Positions 24,130 through 35,340 of a stretch of 64,000 bases of DNA are shown here, in pieces. This DNA comes from Lepidodermella squamata (Eukaryota; Animalia; Gastrotricha), in NCBI GenBank assembly GCA_047495785.1, contig JBLDXI010000003.1, forward strand, positions 2,356,001 through 2,420,000, given 5' to 3'. The first letter of the stretch is position 1. Each line of letters starts with the position of its first letter. A program made the translations under genes and the position numbers. The notes beneath the pieces were generated by a model. The model was not told where the DNA came from. It made no database searches and worked only from the letters and a program-made list of their open reading frames with translations.

Positions 24130-25519
24130 CAGTTCGATGATGAATATCATTCTTCTGCGTTCGGGCGCATTCGATTTCGATTATGAGAAGTCGATAAGTC
24201 GAACTACTTGGATATACTCAAAATTTGCGCGGAGCTAAGTGGCGCAGATTCTGGCTCAGGAATATCCTGGAAACAGTTTTTGCGGAACTCAATCTCAAAC
24301 CAGCGCTGAACAGCTCGGTGATCCACACCAAACTCTATACCGAGAGCCCGATAGAGCACGATATCGCATTGTATACCTTTCTCGACACGGTTGAGCAATA
24401 ACTCGCGCATTATTTGCAGCTGCTGATTCGAGAACGGAACGCCAACCGTTTTCCGTAGACGACGGAATCTGTTCTGGACGGCCAATGAGGAAATTCCGAA
24501 TTTTTTCGATAGTAGATCACATCTGGCTGTTGGAAGTCTAGGATTTTCTATGAATTCCTAAAACATGACTTCTGTAATAGCTAACAGTGGTCATTCATGA
24601 ACGCACTTTTTCAAGATCTTCAATTATTTCGCGGCTTAATATTACGCGTTTGTACTGACCGCATTGGCGATGGGAATGGAAGAAGTCTGATACCTCTACA
24701 GTTGTCCAGGTCCCAGCCAATTCCAGAGCATGTCCAAATCTACACACCACTCTGTGCTTCCCTTCGATAGACTTATCCTTCTCAGTGCTCTCAGACGCAG
24801 GGTTGTTCATGCTCGATCGCTGGCGCTCAAATGCTTGTCGCACCTATCAAACACATATTTTAGACAGATAATGTAACGAAAGCGACTAACTTGAAAAGCC
24901 TCGGCTGGTTTTAGAAGTCGGTTGACACCCGAACTACGCCTAGCAGCGATCCAGTGCGATACTGATTTACTGGAAACTCCCGTTTTCGCGGCTAATTGAT
25001 CAATACGATCGACTGTAAACGTACTATTTGTTTCGTATTCCTGAAAATATATTGTCTTCAAAGTTGGCATCTCTAGGTTAAATGAATATGGGTAACTATT
25101 TCCAGCAATCTTCTGCACCTATCGCTCATGGGCTGATTTCTAGATTGTGTTCGGATTCCCATGTCATAAGAAAGCTTTCTTCTCGCATTTTTGAACCAAT
25201 AGTCAACCCGCTTCAGGTTCAATCCAGTTTTGATAGCCAGGTCTTGGCGCACTGCTTTCGATGGAAAAGCAGCGTTGTCTTGGTACGCAGCACGTAACAT
25301 TTCCAATTGAGAAACACTGAATTTCTTCTGTTCAATCGTACGAATGTCACGGCTTTGATTCCGCTGAATCCATTCTAACACGCGCTTCTGATCACCGCCA
25401 ATCTCGGTAGACACTGCATGACTCAACGCTCTGAGAGATGTAGCCTTATTCTTCTGCCACTCTTCTAGGCGACTACATAAAACTTTAAACTGCCAAGGCT
25501 CGAATGCAGGGTACACCAT
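24130..25519 (-). pseudogene. Type B multi-homeodomain gene, copy B3 (truncated after about 6 repeats)
   Basis: Same exon structure as B2. A TAG at 24204-24206 in repeat 7 is followed by a deletion that jumps to sequence matching the start of the last repeat. Confidence 0.75.
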
Positions 25520-25811
25520 AAGTATCAATAATTAACAAGTAAGAACAACTGTAACAAAATCAACATTGGTTAAACAGAAACCAGAGATACGAACAAGAAA
25601 TCCGAAAACCATGCATTTTAACTACTTCGAGAACGTAAGGTTTCTACTTTTTCATTCTTTAGTCAACGACTAAATGAATAAATAGATCGTGAATCAAAAT
25701 GATTCGTTTCGCGGTGATCGATTTTCGTAATTCAAAATTTTAAATAAAAGAACTTAATATGGGTGACCTTTCAAAACGGAAAATCATCTATATTTTTCAG
25801 CTTTATTGAAA

Positions 25812-27124
25812 TCAATGCCAGAACGCTAACATCCAGCCGACCTGCTTCGATTCAGCATTATAAGCTGGCAGTTCAAACGGCCGTGTTCCTCGGCCCAATT
25901 CGATGTGAAAAACACGCAGCCAACGCGCATAGCATTTCGAATTATTGTCTATGTAAATTTTACCTAACGTAGCTGCAACTGCAAAAGAGTGATACTCATT
26001 TGATCTCGCTACCCAACCCTGCGTCTTGCAAGTGAAGGGCAGTGAAGGGTTTTGAAGCCCTTCAAAGGGCAAGTGAAAAACCATCCAATCGACGACAACA
26101 TTGCCGGTTGGATTCAGCAAAGCGCAATGGAATGGCCCAGATAGTCCACCAGTAAGAAGATTCGCGTGTCGGAAACGCTGAAGCCCTACTATAGCTGATA
26201 ATTCATAGTCAAGCCTCTCCTCTTCAAATTGATTATCCAGGTAAGCAGAATAGCTCGCATAGGGTCGAATCAGGGAAGCCATGGGCTTATCAAACGGAGG
26301 TTCCAGGCATATACTGTGCGATGTTCTAGGATCTCCAATGCAAAACTCAATAACAGCTCTGTCATTGATTGCGTTGAACAATCGAATTCCAACTTCATCA
26401 TTCACGTGACCATTGTTGGCCATAAAACGAAATTCGCACTGACGGCTAAAGAAAACGTCACGAAGGGCCATTTCCAAGCATGCAGCAAATCCCCTTGAAC
26501 TGCCCAACTTCGCGTTGCCTGCGATAGCCTGGTGTTGGGTGTTTTGAGTAGTCACCAGCGCCCTTAAAGGGTCATTTGGCGGCAATTGACTGACGTTTAA
26601 AATTGGATCTTCAGGACTCCGATCGAGTAGGAAATGGCGTTTTGCAAAACAACCTTTATTGCGGCAATTATTCAGGGCTTCGCCAATATATTGCGTCATT
26701 ACTCTAGCGAACGCAATTGCTTCCCTTGTAGAATAAAAGTTTAATCGCAATTCTTGGCGAGGAATCCAACGGAGCCCCAAAGTGAATTCGTCGACATCAT
26801 TGAGAGTAAGTGTCGAATTTTCGCGGTCTAACCTAATACGGGTATTAGGGTTTAGCAAGTACGTTCGAACAGGATGTTCAACTGCGATAAATCGATGGTA
26901 TTGGCCGCCTCTTTTCACAATATCGTACGCTATTGTTACACGCTCGAAAAATTGTGGTTGATCGGCAAGCACGATAGGACGCCATTGGACATTAGCGACG
27001 TCCGCCCTGACTACAATCTGTGCGAGAAATTAAAAGCAAGAAATATATCACTTAGTGCTAACGATGATACCAGGGAACGAACTTGGGCGGGAAATTGGTG
27101 GGGAATGACTAGAGAGTTTTCCAT
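25812..27124 (-). CDS. Protein with N-terminal EVH1/WH1 (PH-fold)-like domain and unrecognised C-terminal domain, about 419 aa
   Basis: Exons 27124-27071 and 27017-25812 (53-nt phase-0 intron). VVRADV..WRPI..QFFERVTIAYD..HRFIAV...LRLNFYSTREAIAFARVM parallels the EVH1 pattern (A.V..W.P..SRV.IY..FRVVG...GLNF.S..EA..F). Confidence 0.6.
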
Positions 27125-27939
27125 TGGGCACGTTTGTGAGTTAAAATCGCAAATTTGAAAAAGCAAAATGGAATAAATAAATTTAAGGTGGACGTTTTAT
27201 TTTTGTTAAAAGACGAGAAAAAAGTTCACGCCTATCTCAAAGGTCCCATAGTTGGGTAGTAATAGGTAGCTGAATTTTTTTCAAAGAAATCTTTATAGTC
27301 AACCTGATACCTACATCTAGTTATCCAAGTCGATATTCCGGTAAGCAAAATAAACAGTCATTTTTTTCGAAAAAAAAATGAAATCGAAAAATCAATCCCA
27401 ATAAAATCCAAGTAATTGAACTAACTTCAATCAATTATCTACTCAATTCCTGATTCATGAGAAAAACTTCGATTACATTCGCAAAGGCTCTCCAAAGCGA
27501 TCGTGAAAATTAATCGGTGAAAAGCCAAGGTTGATAGCGGAAACTTCGGTCCGTTGAATTTTCCGTCCAAAGATCATTCGTTAAACTATAAAATGCCGTC
27601 GTGCCATGGTCCCAAATATTAGTCAAGACTCAAAAATGCGTGCACGTGACCCTGATAAAAGTTTTCACCGCCGAATAAAGTTCATGAAAAATTCAAACTA
27701 GATTTCAGTCCAACGTTCAACGTTCAACGAAAAATTTGGAATTATAAAAAATTCAGCGTGATACACACCTTATTTGGCTTTCGCTCAAACTTTTTTTTAT
27801 CAATCCAGCCTGTGTTTTTTCATTATTACTATTCTTCCTACCACTTTTTGCACGCTTTTTCATATATTAAGGTTTTCTGTGCTCGTTTTTTGTCGTAGTG
27901 AAATAGAATGTATGCAGATTACATAATAACGTATTTTGC

Positions 27940-29559
27940 ATGAAGGCGTGCAAGGTTCGTGCTTCCCTAAGGGAGAATAGTCCTTAATGTACATAAGTTT
28001 CTTCAAAAATTGCAGATTTGTAATGGCCCACTTCGGGCAAGCCGCGGCTACTACGAAACCAGCTGTGACGCCTGCATAGTAAAATAAATCCTTCCCTACT
28101 GAAATCGACTAAACGTTTAATTTTGACAGAAATTTTTCAGGCGAAATTGCCCGAAAAAGAGCACACTGAAGTGCAAAACTGGTCTTGGGCTATGTGCAAT
28201 CGATTATTCTACACGGCGATGCTGTCCAAGCTGTCGATTTGACAAATGCATAATTCTTGGAATGCGAAGTAAGGATGAATTCAAATAAAACTTTTAAAGA
28301 TAAATGCACCCAAAATCTCCTTCTAGGCCGCCTTTTGACCAATGACGGCAAAACCGGAAATTCGGAGCAAAGTTCCTCTTTACTGATGATGACGAATAGT
28401 CGATCATCCAGAAATAAAAATTCCCACGAATCATCGACAGAACCATCATCAGCACTATTACCATTAGTTCGAGAACCTATAATGTATGATGGTACAGCTG
28501 TCGAAAGAACAGCTAGAAATTTGGCTCAAGCATTTACAGCTCTGCACGGCTTCAACTTTGTAATATTTTATACAATAAGCTTGAATTTGTTTAATCGCGA
28601 TTGTTTTTTTGTACGTAAGTTACCTTTCGTGACGCCACCGGAATATTGGCTTAATTTGGACCGACAAGGGCTTATCAATGCAATGACAGAAGAAGCCAGT
28701 CAAATCGCCAGCATGATGCCGAGTTATTGTTCCTATTTCTTTGGTAAATTTCACGTTAGCAATTCAACATGAATCTAAAAAAGGTTTCATTTTTCAATTT
28801 CTAATTATCGGACCGTTTTGTGACTATAATCAAAACGAAAAATTACGGAAATAAGCTGATTTATGGCGCGTGAAAATTATTGAATCAGTTTTATTCCAAA
28901 TTCTCAAAAATATTGGAAGAATTGCTAAATTCGAACATTCGTTGCGAAACACCCTCGTGCTTAAAATGACTTTATATTAAACCAATTAGGTGCAGATGGA
29001 ATATCGGAAGCGGAAGCTATCCAACTGAGTGAAAGTGTCTTTCTGTCCGAATCAACCGTTATCTACCGGGCGCTTTGCGGATGCGACAGCTCTTGCTTCT
29101 TCAACATGCATCCAATGCTGAAAAACGTCACCCTTCGCCACTTCCCTGAACTCACAACCTCTTGGATGCTCAGCGAACAGCTACAAGCACTGGTCCAAGC
29201 ATGGCAACCTACTTTTATCGAATGCTTTATCCTAATTGGACTGCTATATTTAAATGGTAAACTTTCAAATATCGATTACTAAAATGAATTTATGTATCAC
29301 AGAAAGCCGTCTAACAACTAACGCTCTACGACTAGCTAGGCAACGACTGATAACAGCATACGAGGGTTTATTAAGCCGCGATTTTGAAACCAATTCAGCC
29401 GACGCTAGCAGAGCTTTCATGTTTTCTGCCCTGAAATTGGCGACACAAATCGCGGCAATAGCCGCTGTGCGACTACAAGAAACTGCAAATTTCGATCCTG
29501 ACGTAAAAGTCATCGCGGATGCCTGCACATCAGGCCGGATTGATAATTACCACTATTAA
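27940..29559 (+). CDS. Divergent nuclear hormone receptor, copy 1 (7 exons, about 365 aa)
   Basis: Exons 27940-27954, 28016-28078, 28130-28268, 28327-28559, 28620-28743, 28990-29256 and 29303-29559 are in frame. The C4 DNA-binding domain reads CK|ICNGPLRASRGYYETSCDACI|KFFRRNCPKKSTLKCKTGLGLCAIDYSTRRCCPSCRFDKCIILGM, and an LBD-like ECFILIGLLYLN follows. The ORF track misses the DBD. Confidence 0.92.
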
Positions 29560-29825
29560 GGTGGATTTTTTATATTTTGCTAAAATAGAACTGATGAAAT
29601 GAAACTCCACAAGAAAACCTGTGAAAACGATGTTTTGAGGCACGAGACGTCAGCTTGGAAAACGCCGAAGTCCGCTCACAAAAAAATCAAGGTTAATCAG
29701 GAAAGATGTGGATATCTCGGAATATTTTCAAATTATCCGCGATTTTCTCAAGTTTTCAAAGTAAATAATGTAACGCAGCTTTTCTTGCGGACAGTCTGAA
29801 ATTGCCCTGCTTTTTCAATAATAAA

Positions 29826-29990
29826 GAGCAGTTGCCGTAGGACACTGGACATGTTTTTGTGGTATTTTATTTGCCAAGTATTGGCTCCTACAGCAGGACA
29901 TTTTTTTCTGGCACATACGCCGCCAATGTGTAGTTCTGGATTAAATCACTGGACTTACACGCATACGCTGTCGCGAGCATATATAAAGGC
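29826..29990 (+). promoter_or_regulatory. Putative promoter of EBP-like gene 1: repeated CACTGGAC-type motifs plus TATA box
   Basis: CACTGGAC at 29843 and 29947, a CAGGACATTT variant at 29894, and TATAAA at 29982. The same arrangement is present upstream of copy 2. Confidence 0.5.
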
Positions 29991-30042
29991 GGCGAAACAA
30001 TTTTTCGAGGCATTTTCCATTTTTCGGTCTTAGCAAACATAA

Positions 30043-30702
30043 ATGATTAAAGAAGCCGTAGCCTACGTCGGCCTGCCCGTAGCTATCGTCGGATGCGGCG
30101 TTTATGCAGTTAGAAAACTGGCTGCAACGCAACGAGGCCGAAAATTTTCAACTACCGAACTGGCAATTGTTGGGTGGAATGCTGCGGCATTGAGCATGCA
30201 TATCCTCTTCGACTCCTACCACTGTGTTATGCCGCGAGTTCTAGCACCTGGTTCGGATGATTCGATCCCGTACGATGCAATTCGCGAACTTTGGCGGCTG
30301 TTTACAACAACTGATATACGATTTTATTCCGAAAGCCATTTTGGCCTGATTGATACGACTTTTTACGCCCTGGCTATCGGGGGAGGAATTTCGACAAGCC
30401 TCACTCTTTATGGTACATTTTACTGAATAACATTTGAAATTATCCGTAACAATATTAAAATCGCAGGGTACTTTAAGAACAAGAAATGGACGCCTGTTGC
30501 TCAGTTGATGGCTGCGACCGTTCACCTAGGCGCCATGTATTTCTTGAACATGCCTGAGATTTTGGATGGTGGCAAGAGCTTCCGCAACTATGGCCTTCTT
30601 ATCCCAGGCATCTTGCCGTTCATCATTTTCCCGGCTATTGGCGCCTATCATTCTTTGACAAAACTAGCTGAAGAGGAAGCAAATGGTGACAAAAAGAAGT
30701 AG
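30043..30702 (+). CDS. EBP/EXPERA-like multi-pass ER membrane protein, copy 1 (201 aa)
   Basis: Exons 30043-30412 and 30467-30702. W..AL.MHILFDSY...ELWRLFTTTDIRF...AQLMAATVHL...PEILDG parallels EBP (H..IEG, LWKEYAKGDSRY, LQL, TEHRDG). There are hydrophobic segments and a C-terminal di-lysine tail DKKK. Confidence 0.8.
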
Positions 30703-31564
30703 CCGATAAAGATCGCCACTTGTAAAAACGTTTGGTCCCAATCTGCGCTATCATAATGTTGTCCGAATTTCGAATCATTTCAACAACTTGTACTTCATAA
30801 TATTTATACATCAGGTATAGGATTAACATGAAATGACGCGAAAACCCCAACTTTCAGCAATAAATAACCTTCTACTTCAAAAAAGATGTTCTAAAATATC
30901 AAATCTTGAATTAGAAAATTAAAAGCCTTGCAAAGGTCAAGACCACCTTGCGATCTTCGATCTTAACGACCCACGCAAACATGGAACTTGTTCCAAATGA
31001 ATTTCTAAATCAGAAACGCTGAAAATATAAACTATAGAGGTTTCATGAAGCAATAAATATCAGGAAGTTATAGAGGGTAGAGAAAAAGTTCGTTTCCTGA
31101 AACAATCGGCAGATAAAGAATTTAAGATGTAGACGGCTCTGAAAATAACCCTTCTCTTGACATGAGAAAAATGAACTCTCGATTAGAATACTGAAGAATT
31201 CTGTTGGGAAAGAACATGTGGGCAATGACTCCGATGAGTATACAGCGTGTCCATAATTTGCGGAACCATTTTTTATTTTGAACATTTTTCAAAAAACTAA
31301 ATTTTTCACTTGTTTTGAAATTAAGCCCCCTTTATCAACGATTTTACCGAAGAAATTAAAAAATTAACCGGAGAAAATTCTAAAAAAAACCCGACCGTGA
31401 AAGATTCGGTAATGTTCGGTTTGTCGAATTGTCGGAATCCCTTCTATCCGTAATATTAAATATTTCTCAACCATTCTGATTTCAAAAAGAAGTGAATGAG
31501 ACCGCCGAACAACATTCATAAATTTTGAAAATTAAATTCTATCAGCTGTTCAAAATATTAAATA

Positions 31565-31917
31565 CACTATAAAAAAGAGTTCGCAATTTAGCCGCTAAAT
31601 AACCGAATTTTACTCGGGCATTTAGAACCCTGGGACCCGATTTAGCCTAAATATTCCAATTCTAATTACCGAAAACTGAAATTCGAGGCGATAAATACCT
31701 AATTTTAGGTAAAAAGAATAAAAAGGTGGGTTTTCTTAGTCATCTATTTTTGAACACCCAAAACTCCAATTTGCCCTATGTCACTCAGGATAAATAACCC
31801 CCGGTTATTCTAAATAGTTTCCTGATATTTAGCGATTCGAAATTGTTCTAATTTTCATTCTAAATAACCGGCCGTGCTAAATGCCAAGTGTTAAATAGCG
31901 AACTTTCTTTTACAGTG
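31565..31917. mobile_element. MITE with CACT...AGTG termini (EnSpm/CACTA-like), TA flanks
   Basis: CACTATAAAAAAAGAGTTCGC pairs imperfectly with GCGAACTTTCTTTTACAGTG, and both ends are flanked by TA. Confidence 0.7.
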
Positions 31918-32121
31918 TAATTATTGTAAAAAATCCAGCCTAAAACACACCCTATTTGGCTTACGCTCAAGCTTTTTTATCAATACATCGCGTGTTGTGT
32001 CATTATTACTATAGGCGCACTCTTATTTTCCTATATTATAAGATTTTCCATTTTACGTTCATGCTCGTTTATGCTAGTAGAGATATAGAATGTATGTAGA
32101 ATACACAAGATTGTACCTCTT

Positions 32122-33770
32122 ATGAAGACATGCAAGGTCCGTAATTTTACCGAACGCGATTATTCAAAGATCGAAATACATATTTCTACATATTGCAGGT
32201 TTGCGAAGGCCCCGTTCGGCCAAGCCGTGGCTACTACGAAACCAGCTGTGACGCCTGCATAGTAAAATAAATCCTTTTCTCCGAAAATCGACCGAAATTT
32301 GATTTTCACAGAAATTTTTCAGGCGATATTGCCCAAAAAAGAGTACATTAAAATGCAAAACTGGTCTAGGGCTATGTGCAATCGATAAATCTTCCCGGCG
32401 ACTCTGTCCCAGCTGCCGATTCGACAAATGTGTAATTCTTGGCATGCGAAGTTAGTATAATTTTTGGTAAAATTCAAGAAAATATTCTTTTTTTTTAATC
32501 TCATCTTCAGGCCGCCTTCTGATCCACGATGGCAAAGCCGGAAATTCTATTACTTTTACTTCCGAGCCAAGTTCCTCTTCCATTATGATAACGAGTAGTC
32601 AACCACCCTCAAATGAAAATTCCAACGAATCATCGACCGAGCCGTCATTAACTGTGCTACCTCTAGTTCGTGATCCGGTACTGTTTGACGGTACAGCTGT
32701 CGAGCGAACAGCGAGAAATTCGGCTCAAGCATTTACAACCCTACATGGCTTCAACTTTGTAATATTCAATCCGACTTTCTTTTGATAATGGTTAATTTCA
32801 ATTTTTCACCGCAGCTATCCTTTGTAAAACCACCGGAATATGTGGTGAATTTGGATAGACAAGCTCTCATCAAGTCAACAGCAGATCAAGCCAGCAAAAT
32901 TGCCAGCATGATGCCGAATTATTGCTCCTATTTCTTCGGTAAATTTCGTGATATTATTGAAAATAAATCTTGAAAATTCATTTAAAATTCAATTACTCAT
33001 TGAATAAATTGGAAAATTTTGGAATATTTTTATAAAATAGGAAAGTAGTAAAAGAAAAAATTACCGAGTATTTACGGATGAATTTTTCAAATTATTGCGG
33101 CATTAGTGTCACGTTCGGATTTTTTTATTTTTTCCTTTTTCTGAATATCGATGAATTTTAATAATTTTTCATTGATGAAAATGATTCTTAAAAATTCCCA
33201 TAGGTGCTGATGGAATATCAAAAGCAGAAACTGACCAACTAACTGCAAGCTTTTTCCCGTCCGAAGCAACCGTTATCTACCGAGCGTTATGCGGCGGTGA
33301 CAGTTCTTGCTTCTTCAACATGCACCCGATGATGAAGAGCGTGATCTTGAACCATTTTCCTGAACTTTCGACCTCATGGGCACTCAGCGAGCAGCTACAA
33401 GCTTTGGTTCAATCCTGGCAACCTAATTTTTTCGAATGCTTTATCCTAATTGGACTACTATTTTTCAACGGTAATTTTTTTTAAATTGACTGAATTTTAA
33501 AAATAAGAATTGGTCACCTCAGAAAGTCGTCTAACAACTAGTGCCCTGCGCCAAGCTAGACAGCGATTAATAATAGCATACGAAGGTCTATTAAGCAGCG
33601 ATTTCGAAACCGATTCAGCAGAAGCTAGCAGAAATTTTATGAGTTCAGCCCTAAAAATGGCGACCCAAATCGTGGCCACAACTGCTATCCGGCTACAAGA
33701 AGCCGCAAATGTCGATTCGGGCGTTAAAGTCCTCGCAGATGCTTGCGCTCTAGGCCGGGTTGATAATTAA
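32122..33770 (+). CDS. Divergent nuclear hormone receptor, copy 2
   Basis: Same 7-exon structure as copy 1: MKTCK|VCEGPVRPSRGYYETSCDACI|KFFRRYCPKKSTLKCKTGLGLCAIDKSSRRLCPSCRFDKCVILGM. The LBD exons are open and the protein ends GRVDN. Confidence 0.9.
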
Positions 33771-33849
33771 AAATAAAGGTGGAGCATTTGCAAATAAATT
33801 TGATGGAAATAACACAGATATCGCGTATTTTTTGGCACATAAACGCATT

Positions 33850-33968
33850 TGTAGTACTCGTCTATATCACTGGACATTTTTTGCCAGCACGCACATAGCA
33901 TCGTATTTCATATGCGCAGTACTGGGTTATTTCACTGGACATTTTCCCACACGCTCTCCTATATAAGA
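33850..33968 (+). promoter_or_regulatory. Putative promoter of EBP-like gene 2
   Basis: Two copies of AGTACT(C/G)G-n7-CACTGGACATTTT (cores at 33868 and 33933), followed by TATATAAG at about 33960. Confidence 0.5.
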
Positions 33969-34025
33969 AGGCAGTGAAACCTGTTTTCGCCCCATTTTTC
34001 CAGTTTTCAATCTTAGAAAATATCC

Positions 34026-34682
34026 ATGATCAAAGAAGCCGTAGCTTATATCGGCTTGCCAGTATTTTTCGCCGGATCTGGCGTTTATGCTGTTCAAAAA
34101 CTTACTGCAACGCATCGAGGCCGTAAATTTTCAACCACTGAGTTGACCAGTGTTTGGTGGAATGCTGCGGCTTTAAGCACGCATGTCATCCTCGATTGCT
34201 ATCATTTTATCATGCCGCGAGTTCTACCGCCTGGTTCGGACGACTCAATCCCGTTCGATGCAGTTCGCGAACTGTGGCGACTCTTCGGAACGGCTGATGT
34301 ACGATTCTTTACCGACAGCCACCAGGGCATGGTCTATTCCACGCTTTATGCCCTAGCTATAGGGGGAGGCATTTCTACTGGCCTGACTCTTTATGGTAAA
34401 TTTCAGAAAATTTAAAATTCTTATTAAAATCGGAAATTTCACATTTCAGGGTACTTTAAGAATAAGAAATGGACGCATGTCGCTCAGCTGATTGCTGCGA
34501 CGATTCACCTGGGCGCCACTTATTACTTCAACATGCCTGAGATTTTGGATGGCTGCAAGAACTACCACAACGTCGGCATTGTTGCCCTGGGCGCCTTGCC
34601 ATTCATTATTTTCCCGACTATTGGCGCTTATGATTCGCTGAAAAAGCTGGTTAACGACGAGGAAGATGGCAAGAAAAATTAG
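34026..34682 (+). CDS. EBP/EXPERA-like membrane protein, copy 2 (200 aa)
   Basis: Exons 34026-34395 and 34450-34682; ELWRLFGTADVRF motif; ends GKKN. Confidence 0.8.
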
Positions 34683-35340
34683 CCGAGAAAAACTAGCCAA
34701 TATTTAGTAATTTTCTGAAGAGACTAAAATCGGCGCCCTAGTAATTTTTTAAGAAAAATAGTCGTTTTGATTTTGAACTTTGAACTGAATATTTCTCTGC
34801 ATTTTATTTTACTTGGCTGTACTAATACATACATATATCAATGGAATTAATGATGCAAGAAAAACTCGGTTTTTTCGGCCGCTGTTGGAGAATAAATAAC
34901 CTTTTATTGAGAGGCCTCAGTAACGCAATGAAAATTTGAACAGAAAATTTACATAAAAGTTTGAAATCAGTTAGCATCTTAATCAAAATATAACCTTGAT
35001 TTTGCCGGAAAGAAATCCTAAACAAGAATTTTTAATATCACAGAAAATTCGCAAAAATGAGATGGAAATATCAATAACTCTTAATTTGATCATTGAAAAT
35101 TCCGAAAATAGAAAACATGAGTAAAAAAGTTAGGCCGACTAGCGGTCAATTTAAAACAACTTGCTTTTAGTCAGTCTTCATATTTGAGCTTGGAAATTGG
35201 AAACGACCATATTGCCAGGTGAAATTCATCATATTTGATTGTAAAATCTAAAAGTCTAAAAAAATCAGCCCATCACTCCTCTTAATTTATCTAATACAAC
35301 AAATATTGCACAATCGCCCATATTATTCATCAGAAATAAT

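Noticed and set aside
7-25297. Plus-strand ORFs opposite homeobox exons (7-309, 2625-2843, 11565-11846, 15895-16107, 18716-19162, 22125-22601 and others)
   Set aside because: They are antisense shadows that recur only because the minus-strand genes are duplicated.
1-25519. Hox, ParaHox or NK cluster
   Set aside because: No WFQNRR helix, hexapeptide or class-diagnostic residues; the genes are recent multi-domain tandem paralogs.
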